64,000 nt of DNA from Planctomycetota bacterium (GTDB lineage: Bacteria > Planctomycetota > Phycisphaerae > WQYP01): the NCBI GenBank assembly GCA_021818445.1, contig JAKAEB010000005.1, positions 26,780 through 90,779 of the forward strand, given 5' to 3'. Shown here piece after piece: positions 56,304 through 64,000 of this stretch. A program made the position numbers and the translations under genes. Every line of letters begins with the position of its first letter. Positions within the stretch are counted from its first letter, which is position 1. Below the pieces are notes generated by a model. The model made no database searches, was not told the origin of the DNA, and worked only from the letters and a program-made list of their open reading frames with translations.

Positions 56304-56588
56304 GGGGCACGCGGATGGGTCATGCATCGTCGCGCGTGCACCATGCACGCGGCTGAATGGGGGGGCGGATGCGACGTTGTTGTCACAGGGGCCGCAATTT
56401 GGCATTGAGTTAGCGCCCATCGCCCGGCGATGACGCTAAACTGAGGAATGTGGTGTTGCCGGAAATTATTGAAACGGGCGAGACGCCCGCGCTACGGGTG
56501 CCACGTAGTGCGGCCCCGCCGGGCACGCGGATGGGTCATGCATCATCATTCGTGCACCATGCGCGCGGCTAAATGGGTTGGCGGATGT
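56304..56588. repeat. Two ~67-bp direct repeats (family A) flanking a REP-like hairpin
   Basis: GGGCACGCGGATGGGTCATGCATC...GTGCACCATGC.CGCGGCT.AATGGG at 56305 and 56521; CGGGCG-AGA-CGCCCG at 56475-56489. Confidence 0.85.
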
Positions 56589-56681
56589 AAACAATGACGC
56601 CGCCTGCCGCTCGAGCCGGGATGGTGTTCTGCATACCCGAAGACTGGCGCTCTCTTGGGCGCCATCGGGGTGGCTGCCAAG

Positions 56682-58028
56682 TTATGCCCGGATGATGTGC
56701 TTTTTTGATCCTTTTATCCCAGCGGTGGCATTGCGCGTATCCACAATGAGCCGAGAGCTGGCGACGATCATTGACCAGTCATATTGGCTATGATCGGTGG
56801 CAATCAGTACCAGATCGTATTTACGCAAATTGGCCGGCGTCAGCGGCACGCTTTTCATCTGCAGATCATGGTGCCGTTGACGATGGGTGCTGGGGATCAG
56901 GGGGTCGTTGTAATCCACGCGGGCACCACGTTTTTTCAGTTGTTCGATAAGCACAATGGAGGGCGATTCACGCAGGTCGTCCACATCTTTTTTATACGCG
57001 AGGCCGAGGACGAGAATGCGTGATTGGCGTATTGGCTTGCCGATCTGGTTCAGGGCGTCGGCCACTTTGGAAATGACGTAATACGGCATGGAGGTGTTAA
57101 GTTCGCCGGCGAGTTCAATGAAACGGGCGGTGATGTCGTACTGCCTGGCTTTCCAGCTTAGATAAAACGGATCGATGGGGATGCAGTGTCCACCGAGGCC
57201 CGGGCCGGGATAAAAGGCCTGAAAGCCGAATGGCTTGGTTCTGGCGGCGGCGATTACCTTCCACACGTCCACGCCCATGCGATCAAATATCATTTTAAGT
57301 TCATTGATCATGGCGATGTTGATGCAGCGGTAACAATTTTCCAATATTTTTGCGGCCTCGGCAATTTCGCAGGATTCCACCGGCACCACGGTTTTAACGG
57401 CATGCTGATAAAGGGCGGCGGCCGCCTGGAGAGAAGGGGCATCATAACCGCCGACCACTTTGGGAATATCGGCAGTTTGAAAATCGGCCCGGCCGGGGTC
57501 TTCGCGTTCGGGCGAATAGGCAAGCAGAAAATCCCGGCCAACGGATCGGCCCGATTTTTCCAGCGCCGGCAGCACCACTTCACGGGTGGTACCGGGATAG
57601 GTGGTGGACTCAAGCACCACCAGTTGGCCAGGACGCAAATAACGGCTGATGGTACTGGCGGTGCCCGCGACGTAATGCATGTCGGGTTCACGGTGAATGG
57701 TCAGAGGTGTGGGCACGCAGATGATCAGGGCATCGCAGGTGGAGATGCGGGAAAAATCATCGGTGGGTGTGAATTGACCGGACCGCACCAGATCGCGGAC
57801 GAGTTGGGCAGGAAAATGGCGGATGTAGCTTTGGCCAGCCCGAAGTTTGTGGATTTTCTCAGGGTCAACATCGAAGCCGACGGTTTTGAGGCCGCCGGCG
57901 CAAAATGCCCTAATCAGGGGCAGTCCCACATAACCAAGGCCGATCACACCGACAACCGCGGATCGCGACTCGATGGCGGTCAGCAGGCGTTTAATGGCCG
58001 GAAAGGTGCGCGGGCGGGCTTCAGGCAA
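56682..58028 (-). CDS. Nucleotide-sugar dehydrogenase (UDP-GlcNAc/ManNAc 6-dehydrogenase, WbpA/WecC family)
   Basis: GLGYVGLP, CVPTP, LESTTYPGTT, SPEREDPG, GGHCIPIDP and DDLRESP; TTG start after GGAG overlapping the lspA stop. Confidence 0.93.
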   Translation of the reverse strand: MPEARPRTFPAIKRLLTAIESRSAVVGVIGLGYVGLPLIRAFCAGGLKTVGFDVDPEKIHKLRAGQSYIRHFPAQLVRDLVRSGQFTPTDDFSRISTCDALIICVPTPLTIHREPDMHYVAGTASTISRYLRPGQLVVLESTTYPGTTREVVLPALEKSGRSVGRDFLLAYSPEREDPGRADFQTADIPKVVGGYDAPSLQAAAALYQHAVKTVVPVESCEIAEAAKILENCYRCINIAMINELKMIFDRMGVDVWKVIAAARTKPFGFQAFYPGPGLGGHCIPIDPFYLSWKARQYDITARFIELAGELNTSMPYYVISKVADALNQIGKPIRQSRILVLGLAYKKDVDDLRESPSIVLIEQLKKRGARVDYNDPLIPSTHRQRHHDLQMKSVPLTPANLRKYDLVLIATDHSQYDWSMIVASSRLIVDTRNATAGIKGSKKHIIRA

Positions 58029-58602
58029 TGCTGTTCTCCGTGGTGTGATGATTGCGATAGCGCGGGCCGGGCAACAGCAGCCAGCAAAGTACCAGCAGCG
58101 GGACACCGACGCAGAGCATGGAATCGGCGATATTAAATATCCATGGCCAGTGCGCCAGCAGGATGAAATCGCGGACCATGCCATGATTAAAAATGCGGTC
58201 GTACATGTTGCCAATAGCGCCGGCAAGGATCAGACCCAGGGCAATATGCACCACCCAGTGGCGCCGATGACTGCTGAAAAATACATACACGACAAAGGCA
58301 ATCGCGATAAGACTGATGGCCACAAACATCAACGAAAGCCCCTGCCCGATGCCGAATACCGCCCCCCCGTTGAGGGTCGTCTTTAACCAGAGCACATGGG
58401 GAATGATGGCCATGGGAGGCTGGTGCGGATGATATCCGAGGTCTTTGAATGCGAGATATTTCGTCCAGAGATCGAGCGAAGCACCAACACCCGCAACACC
58501 AAGGAAGCGAATCCATGACAGGACGGATTTACCGGCCGCACCGGATAAACTCGATTTCCCTTCGACGGCCACCGACGCCGCCGCCGAACTGGTTTCAGAC
58601 AT
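58021..58602 (-). CDS. lspA: Lipoprotein signal peptidase II
   Basis: DLWTK, NGGAVFG, GAIGNMYDR, VRDFI and FNIAD. Confidence 0.93.
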   Translation of the reverse strand: MSETSSAAASVAVEGKSSLSGAAGKSVLSWIRFLGVAGVGASLDLWTKYLAFKDLGYHPHQPPMAIIPHVLWLKTTLNGGAVFGIGQGLSLMFVAISLIAIAFVVYVFFSSHRRHWVVHIALGLILAGAIGNMYDRIFNHGMVRDFILLAHWPWIFNIADSMLCVGVPLLVLCWLLLPGPRYRNHHTTENSIA

Positions 58603-58653
58603 GGTTCCACCTTGCCGGACCGGCGTCGGAAGGATAAACGAGGGTTGGAAACA

Positions 58654-61600
58654 TCAGTTGCCGCCCCGGAATGTACCCATTACCTGATTAGTCAGATTGT
58701 AGGTGCGCGGAGGATTGCGCAAGCGACTGTCATTGCGGCCGGCGGCAATGGCCGCCTCCAGTTCCTTTACCCGCTTTTCGGCGGCTTCCATCTTGGGGTA
58801 ACGCACCTCGCGGTAGCCGGTGACCGGTTCGGGCGTTTTGAGGATATCCAGCCAGAGGTTGTAAAGCCACGGTTCATGAAGTTCGCATGTGTCTACCAGA
58901 CGGGAGTACCAATCGCGGAAGTTTTTCTCTTTGGCATGCCAGGCCGGCAGCAGATTCCGCACCCAGCGACAATGTCGCATGACGCGCATTTGCCAATCGC
59001 GGCCCTTCATCGAGAAGCGTATCTTCAGGCCGCCGATATCGAATTCCGGGCGGTTCAGGTGCAGGTAGGTGATTTTGTCGCCGTTGGCCGGGTTCACATT
59101 AAAACGTCGCCGATCGCGGCGGTATTTTTCAGGGCTGGTGTACATTAACGCCACGTAGATTTCGTCTTTAATCATCATTACCTTGGCCAGATTCCAGATG
59201 ACGGCGCGGGTGGCGGCAAAATTACGCTCGGCGTTGTCCTGCTGGTAGGTTTTGACGATGCGCGACACATAGCCACGGGCGTAGGGAAGTGTGCCCCATT
59301 GAATGGCATCAAAGACGCGGATGACGAAATCGCGTTTGGCGGATTCATCCAGCAGCGGCATGCGTTCAATGGCCTCGCGTGTCATGGCCCGATAGGCATC
59401 TGCATTGCGGCGTCCCCAGATGGAACTGGCAATAAGAATCTTGGCTTTGCGTTCCACGGCATCGGGGACGGTTTCAATATCGCGGGGCGCTGCGACGCCG
59501 AAAAGATCGGGCCGCAATACGATCTTCCGCCCGATATTAAATGCCCGGTAGTTGCGTTCAAATTCGCGTCGGACGGCATGGCGGATGGCCCATGTAATAC
59601 TTTTGTATGACACGGGGATAAAGCCCAATTGATAGGCAACGCCCAGCATCATAATGTTGGCGTAGAGTTTGGAATCAAGCAGGCGCTCGCACAAATCGCT
59701 GACGTTAAAGCTGAAAAATCCGCCCGGTTTGCATTGTTTTTCAATCGTGGCGGCCAATGCCTCGGGGGAGAAATCTTCCCGCCCCAGCAGCGAAAATATG
59801 GTGGCGGTCTTGCCCGTGTTCACGACCGCCCGTGTGTACCGGGGCGAGGCGACGCGCAGATAATCGGTGGGTGAAATCGCCCGCGCCGCTTCCACGGCGT
59901 CAATGCCGATGAGTAAATCCGCCTTGCCAAAGGGGGTGATGGCGGAAGTGGAGTGTTGATCGCGGGAAAAGACCAACTGGCTGAAAACACCGCCGTTGCG
60001 GATAGCCAGGCCTTTTTTGTCGATGAAATTAATGTGATAGCCTTCTTTGTGGCCGGCCCGCACCAATATCTCACCGGCTACGCCGATTCCCATACCGCCG
60101 ACGCCGGCCAGGTAGCAGCGCCACTGCTCCGACATTTTCAGTACTGGCGGCTCCGGCATGCCGGTGAGATCGACCACTTCATCGGGCATACGGGGTGGGC
60201 GCTTCCGCGTGACGACTACCTGCTCAAAACTGGGGCAGGCGTGGATGCGGGCGCAGGCACCGTCATTGACGCAGGTGGTGAAGTCGGTCTGTATTTTGGA
60301 ACCATAGTCGGTTGTTACCACTTTCAGGGCGGGGCAACCGGTCTGATTGGTGCATTCAAGGCAATATTCGCACACCTCTTCCGCCACGTTCATGTAGGTC
60401 TTCTGGCGGACAAACCCGTGTTCTTTCTTTTCCTGCACTTCCGCGCGATGTTTGCGACGGTTGAACGTGATACCGCACTCTTTGTCGGCAATCATCACCT
60501 TTACGCCATCTTCCAAAATGACGCGTTCGAGCATCTCTTTGTATTCGTCGCGCTGGGATGGATCAAAGCGGATGACGCGGGCCTGTGGCTCCTGGCGGCC
60601 ATCTTTGCCGTTGATGCGCAGCATGCCGGCCGCCTCGGGGATCATGGATCGCACGATGCGTTCGATATCGTGCGCCAGCACCATGTTGCCTAAGATATCC
60701 TCCTGCAGTGTGGGGTTGGGCTGGTGGCCCGTCATGGCGGTGGTTTTATTCTCCAGGATGATGTAGGTGATGTCCTGCCCCTGATTGATCGAGTTGGCGA
60801 TGGCGACCTGACCGGAATGGAAAAAGGTGCCATCGCCCATAAATACAATCTGTTTGTTGCGGATGAACGGATCAACGCCCCCGCCGGTGGCACCGCCGAG
60901 GCCCATACCGCTGTAATTGTGCATGAGGGGTTTGTTGGGTTCAAACATCATCATGGTGTAGCAGCCGGTGTCGCCGTGGGCGACCAGATCGATCGGCCCC
61001 AGACCATAATTGCGCGACATGTATTCAGGGTCCAGCAGGTTTTTTCGTATTTCCAGCAAGGCGCTGGAAGAATCGCGGTGCGGGCAGCCAGGGCAATACG
61101 CGGGTGTGCGTACCGGTACCGGGTCGGTGGCCTGACCGGCAAGCTCGATGGTTTCCAGTTCCTGCGTGAGCCGCCCATTGGAAAGTTCATGCGGAATGTT
61201 GGGCGTATCACGGAGAAAACGCGTAAGTAATTCAATGAGCATCGAGGGGTGCAGCCCCCGCACCGCCGGTATACCCGGCATATCCTTGGGAAATGTTTTA
61301 CCCCACAGTTGAATCCGGGCGGTGGGAGAATCCCCATCGCGCTGGCGGCATCGGGTGATGTGTTCCGCTATTTGTTTTTCAATAAAGCTGCGGCGTTCCT
61401 CCACCACGACGACACGTTCGCACATCTGGGCCAATTCGTCGACAAGTGTGGTGTCGACGGGATAGCTGACCGCCAGTTTCAGGATGGGAAACTGCCCCAG
61501 AAGGCCCATATCCGTCAGGGCATGGACCAGCATGGTGTACGACATGCCGGAGGCTACAAAACCCACCGGCGCGCGCTCCGCACGCCCCCCGCGCCATGAC

Positions 61601-62373
61601 CGTTCGATGGGGTATGCAATGCGGGAAAGCCCCAATTCGCGGCAGCGGGCCAGAAGTTTTGCAAAACGCGTTTCAAATGTCAATTCCTGACGCCAACTCC
61701 GGGGCGGCAGCAGCACGGTGGTTTCCACCGGCAACTTGGCGGTTTCAATGGCGATGCGGTCGTTGGTGCTGATGGTTGGCCACTGGTTGGGATAGCACTG
61801 CACAGTGCCGCCACCGTCAGCAAGGGCGACGGTCACCATCATGCCCATGTACAAACTGCTGGCGACGGAAAGATCAAAGCAGTGCGGCACCCAATCTTTC
61901 AGTTCCTGGGGGGTGCTTGGTTCAATGACAGGCACGCGCAGATGTTCATAAAGAAAGCGTGAATCAGCCGGTACCTGGGTTGAATCACTCCAAGGGTCGT
62001 CACCCGATACGATCACCGCGCCGCCGGTCGGTTTGGGGATACCAGCGAGATTACCGAGGGCCAGCGCGTCGGCGGCGACGTGCAGTCCAACCGATTTAAA
62101 TACGGCAATGCCTTTAACGCCCACCATTTGGGCACCGTTGAGCATGGCGACGCTGATGGCCTCATTGTTGGCCATCTTGGCACAGACGCCTTTTTCCTTC
62201 AGCAGGGGCGCAATGTCGAAGCAGGAATCAAAAAAGCCCGCCACCGGCGACCCCGGATAACCCGTCAGCAAAGCGACGCCGCCGGGGGTTTCAAGGCAGC
62301 CTTTGAGAATAAGCTCCGCCCCGGAGAATATTTCCGTACTGTTCTCAACTGCAAACCGTTGGTCAATTTTCAT
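58654..62373 (-). CDS. Fused indolepyruvate ferredoxin oxidoreductase family protein (alpha + ferredoxin + beta + C-terminal DUF6537-like)
   Basis: GYPGSP, YCPGCPH, GDTGC, MGDGTFFHSG, TAMTGHQ, Cys ferredoxin motifs, AGVGGMG and KDEIYVA. Confidence 0.92.
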   Translation of the reverse strand: MKIDQRFAVENSTEIFSGAELILKGCLETPGGVALLTGYPGSPVAGFFDSCFDIAPLLKEKGVCAKMANNEAISVAMLNGAQMVGVKGIAVFKSVGLHVAADALALGNLAGIPKPTGGAVIVSGDDPWSDSTQVPADSRFLYEHLRVPVIEPSTPQELKDWVPHCFDLSVASSLYMGMMVTVALADGGGTVQCYPNQWPTISTNDRIAIETAKLPVETTVLLPPRSWRQELTFETRFAKLLARCRELGLSRIAYPIERSWRGGRAERAPVGFVASGMSYTMLVHALTDMGLLGQFPILKLAVSYPVDTTLVDELAQMCERVVVVEERRSFIEKQIAEHITRCRQRDGDSPTARIQLWGKTFPKDMPGIPAVRGLHPSMLIELLTRFLRDTPNIPHELSNGRLTQELETIELAGQATDPVPVRTPAYCPGCPHRDSSSALLEIRKNLLDPEYMSRNYGLGPIDLVAHGDTGCYTMMMFEPNKPLMHNYSGMGLGGATGGGVDPFIRNKQIVFMGDGTFFHSGQVAIANSINQGQDITYIILENKTTAMTGHQPNPTLQEDILGNMVLAHDIERIVRSMIPEAAGMLRINGKDGRQEPQARVIRFDPSQRDEYKEMLERVILEDGVKVMIADKECGITFNRRKHRAEVQEKKEHGFVRQKTYMNVAEEVCEYCLECTNQTGCPALKVVTTDYGSKIQTDFTTCVNDGACARIHACPSFEQVVVTRKRPPRMPDEVVDLTGMPEPPVLKMSEQWRCYLAGVGGMGIGVAGEILVRAGHKEGYHINFIDKKGLAIRNGGVFSQLVFSRDQHSTSAITPFGKADLLIGIDAVEAARAISPTDYLRVASPRYTRAVVNTGKTATIFSLLGREDFSPEALAATIEKQCKPGGFFSFNVSDLCERLLDSKLYANIMMLGVAYQLGFIPVSYKSITWAIRHAVRREFERNYRAFNIGRKIVLRPDLFGVAAPRDIETVPDAVERKAKILIASSIWGRRNADAYRAMTREAIERMPLLDESAKRDFVIRVFDAIQWGTLPYARGYVSRIVKTYQQDNAERNFAATRAVIWNLAKVMMIKDEIYVALMYTSPEKYRRDRRRFNVNPANGDKITYLHLNRPEFDIGGLKIRFSMKGRDWQMRVMRHCRWVRNLLPAWHAKEKNFRDWYSRLVDTCELHEPWLYNLWLDILKTPEPVTGYREVRYPKMEAAEKRVKELEAAIAAGRNDSRLRNPPRTYNLTNQVMGTFRGGN

Positions 62374-62708
62374 TCGTAACTTCCCGCTGCCGGTCCAGGA
62401 GTCTCAAAGCATGTTGCTGGTGCAAAACTCTTTGATTCTCACGGCCTGGCGTAGCGTTGAAAAAATCCGCCATTCAAACATCCCCCTTCAGCTAAACGCT
62501 CTCACCGCCCACCGATTTCAAGGAGAGCAATGGTATAGGGCCTCTCCTTAAGTTGGTGACCGACACTATTTTAGTCCCGATAACCGTTACCTACCACCTG
62601 AAAGGGTAAGAAATTCGGCGGATCAAAGCAAGTTGCAACCTGTGCGATTTATTCTACAATCGAGAAAGTTTGGATTTGTCAACGATTTAGGCCGCTGTTG
62701 GAGCTAAA

Positions 62709-63176
62709 ATGCCGGAAGAAAATGACCAAAATTCGATTTATGCGATGGCAGAGGAGATTTTTGCGTTGACCATCGTCGCATGGAAAGAGCGATTGAAGTC
62801 GCGTCGCGGCCGGGCCGAAGAACTCTCCGAAGCACAATTCTTGACGTTGGAAAGTCTGGTACAAAGCCCGCAAAATCAGACTGTGGGTGATATCCTTCGC
62901 ACCATCGCGGTGGCACCGGCCCAGATGTCGCGGATCATCCGCAGTTTGGAAGAGGATTTCGATCAACCCTTGGTGGCCTGTGAATTGAATCGCGAAGACC
63001 GTCGCAAAATTGATGTCATCATCACCGACCACGGCCGCAAGCTGTACGAAGAATTTCGCGATTCGCGGTTGACGCGCACCCGTGAATTGCTGGCGGAATT
63101 GTCCGAGACCGACCGGCGCGACTTTATAAGGGTTTGCGGCCGAATGCGTGAACTTTATAACAAAGAAATCGACTGA
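62709..63176 (+). CDS. MarR-family transcriptional regulator
   Basis: LSEAQFLTL, QMSRIIRSLE and DRRKIDVIITDHG. Confidence 0.9.
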   Translation: MPEENDQNSIYAMAEEIFALTIVAWKERLKSRRGRAEELSEAQFLTLESLVQSPQNQTVGDILRTIAVAPAQMSRIIRSLEEDFDQPLVACELNREDRRKIDVIITDHGRKLYEEFRDSRLTRTRELLAELSETDRRDFIRVCGRMRELYNKEID

Positions 63177-63206
63177 CCAGTTAATCCGGGCGGACCGGTC
63201 GTTCGT

Positions 63207-63250
63207 TTAACGTTTGGTTATCCAATTGCTAAGAAACGATTAACCTTTCA
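63207..63250 (+). promoter_or_regulatory. Candidate Pho-box-like 11-bp-period direct repeats
   Basis: TTAAC (63207), TTATC (63218), CTAAG (63229) and TTAAC (63240); TTGACA at 63270. Confidence 0.5.
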
Positions 63251-63340
63251 TTTGAACCCCCCAAGAGCATTGACATATCAAGGGTTGTTGCCGATTGTTA
63301 TGTCTCCGGCGGAATGGTGTCGGGATTGGATCGGGTGGAT

Positions 63341-64000
63341 ATGTCGCGGAAGAAAAAGATTCTGGTGGTGGATGATGAGAGAGATCTCGTCGAATTAATA
63401 TCCATGAATCTGGTTCGCCACGGCTACGAAGTTGCGGCGTGCCACGACGGCAAGCTGGGTCTTGAGATGGCCCGCAAACAACTGCCGGACATGATCCTGC
63501 TGGATTTAATGATGCCCGGCATGAGCGGGCAGGATGTGGCCACCCGCCTGAAGGGGGATCCGCAAACGGCCTCCATCCCCATCATCATGCTTACTGCCCG
63601 GGGTGATGAGACCGACATTATCGTGGGGCTTTCCCTGGGTGCGGACGACTACGTTACCAAGCCGTTCAACATGCGTGTGCTTCTGGCCCGGGTCAATGCG
63701 GTGATGCGCCGCAAGAGTAATGCGGACTCCCCGCCGCAACACGTAAACGCGGGCCCCATGCTTATTGATCAAGCCCGTCATGAAATCACCATCGGCGGCA
63801 AACCGGTGAACGTAACACCAACCGAATTCAAGCTGCTGATGACTTTAGCCTTGGCCCGAGGACGGGTGCTATCCCGCGATCAACTCACCGCACGCGTGAT
63901 GGGCAGCGAGGTGTATGTGACGGATCGGGCTATTGATGTACACGTAACGGCGGTGCGGAAAAAACTTGGCGACTACCAATGGATGGTGCACACCGTGCGA
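63341..64000 (+). CDS. OmpR/PhoB-family response regulator, truncated by the window end and absent from the ORF track
   Basis: Own translation: MSRKKKILVVDDE...LLDLMMPG...PIIMLTARG...GADDYVTKPF...TPTEFKLL...RAIDVHV. Confidence 0.93.
   Translation, partial: MSRKKKILVVDDERDLVELISMNLVRHGYEVAACHDGKLGLEMARKQLPDMILLDLMMPGMSGQDVATRLKGDPQTASIPIIMLTARGDETDIIVGLSLGADDYVTKPFNMRVLLARVNAVMRRKSNADSPPQHVNAGPMLIDQARHEITIGGKPVNVTPTEFKLLMTLALARGRVLSRDQLTARVMGSEVYVTDRAIDVHVTAVRKKLGDYQWMVHTVR

Noticed and set aside
57186-58136. 316-aa plus-strand ORF (likewise 51977-52852, 26176-27027 and 59953-60693)
   Set aside because: All are antisense shadows of well-supported genes.
58029-58226. N-terminal extension of the nucleotide-sugar dehydrogenase in the ORF track
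   Set aside because: It overlaps lspA in another frame; TTG at 58028 with GGAG is the better start.

Overview
This is a chromosomal window from a bacterium that is most likely in the Planctomycetota, probably Phycisphaerae-like. That call is an inference from a DUF1559 prepilin-type protein, a PEP-CTERM protein, a DUF4159 protein and a nusA operon without rimP. Housekeeping genes are rsmA, a class IV aminotransferase, Nif3, nusA-infB-DUF503-rbfA, hisG, yajQ, gcvP, tkt, lspA, a fused indolepyruvate ferredoxin oxidoreductase, MarR and a PhoB-like regulator. Two carbohydrate-degradation regions interrupt them. The first (7974-20160, minus strand) is LacI / PEP-CTERM / GH158-like+CBM / stand-alone CBM / DUF4159 / DUF1559 pilin-like / GH16-FN3-malectin / GH3. 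It looks like a beta-1,3-glucan utilisation locus with no recognisable transporter and is the best candidate for a poorly described system. The second (44-56 kb) holds GH43, GH35, SGNH and CE1 esterases, GH29 and GH55. Intergenic DNA carries a 308-bp tandem repeat with small ORFs and several families of dispersed palindromes. Several exported proteins are strongly depleted in Asp/Glu, which suggests an acidophile. I found no tRNA, rRNA, CRISPR array or transposase. All family calls come from motif recognition by eye, not database searches.
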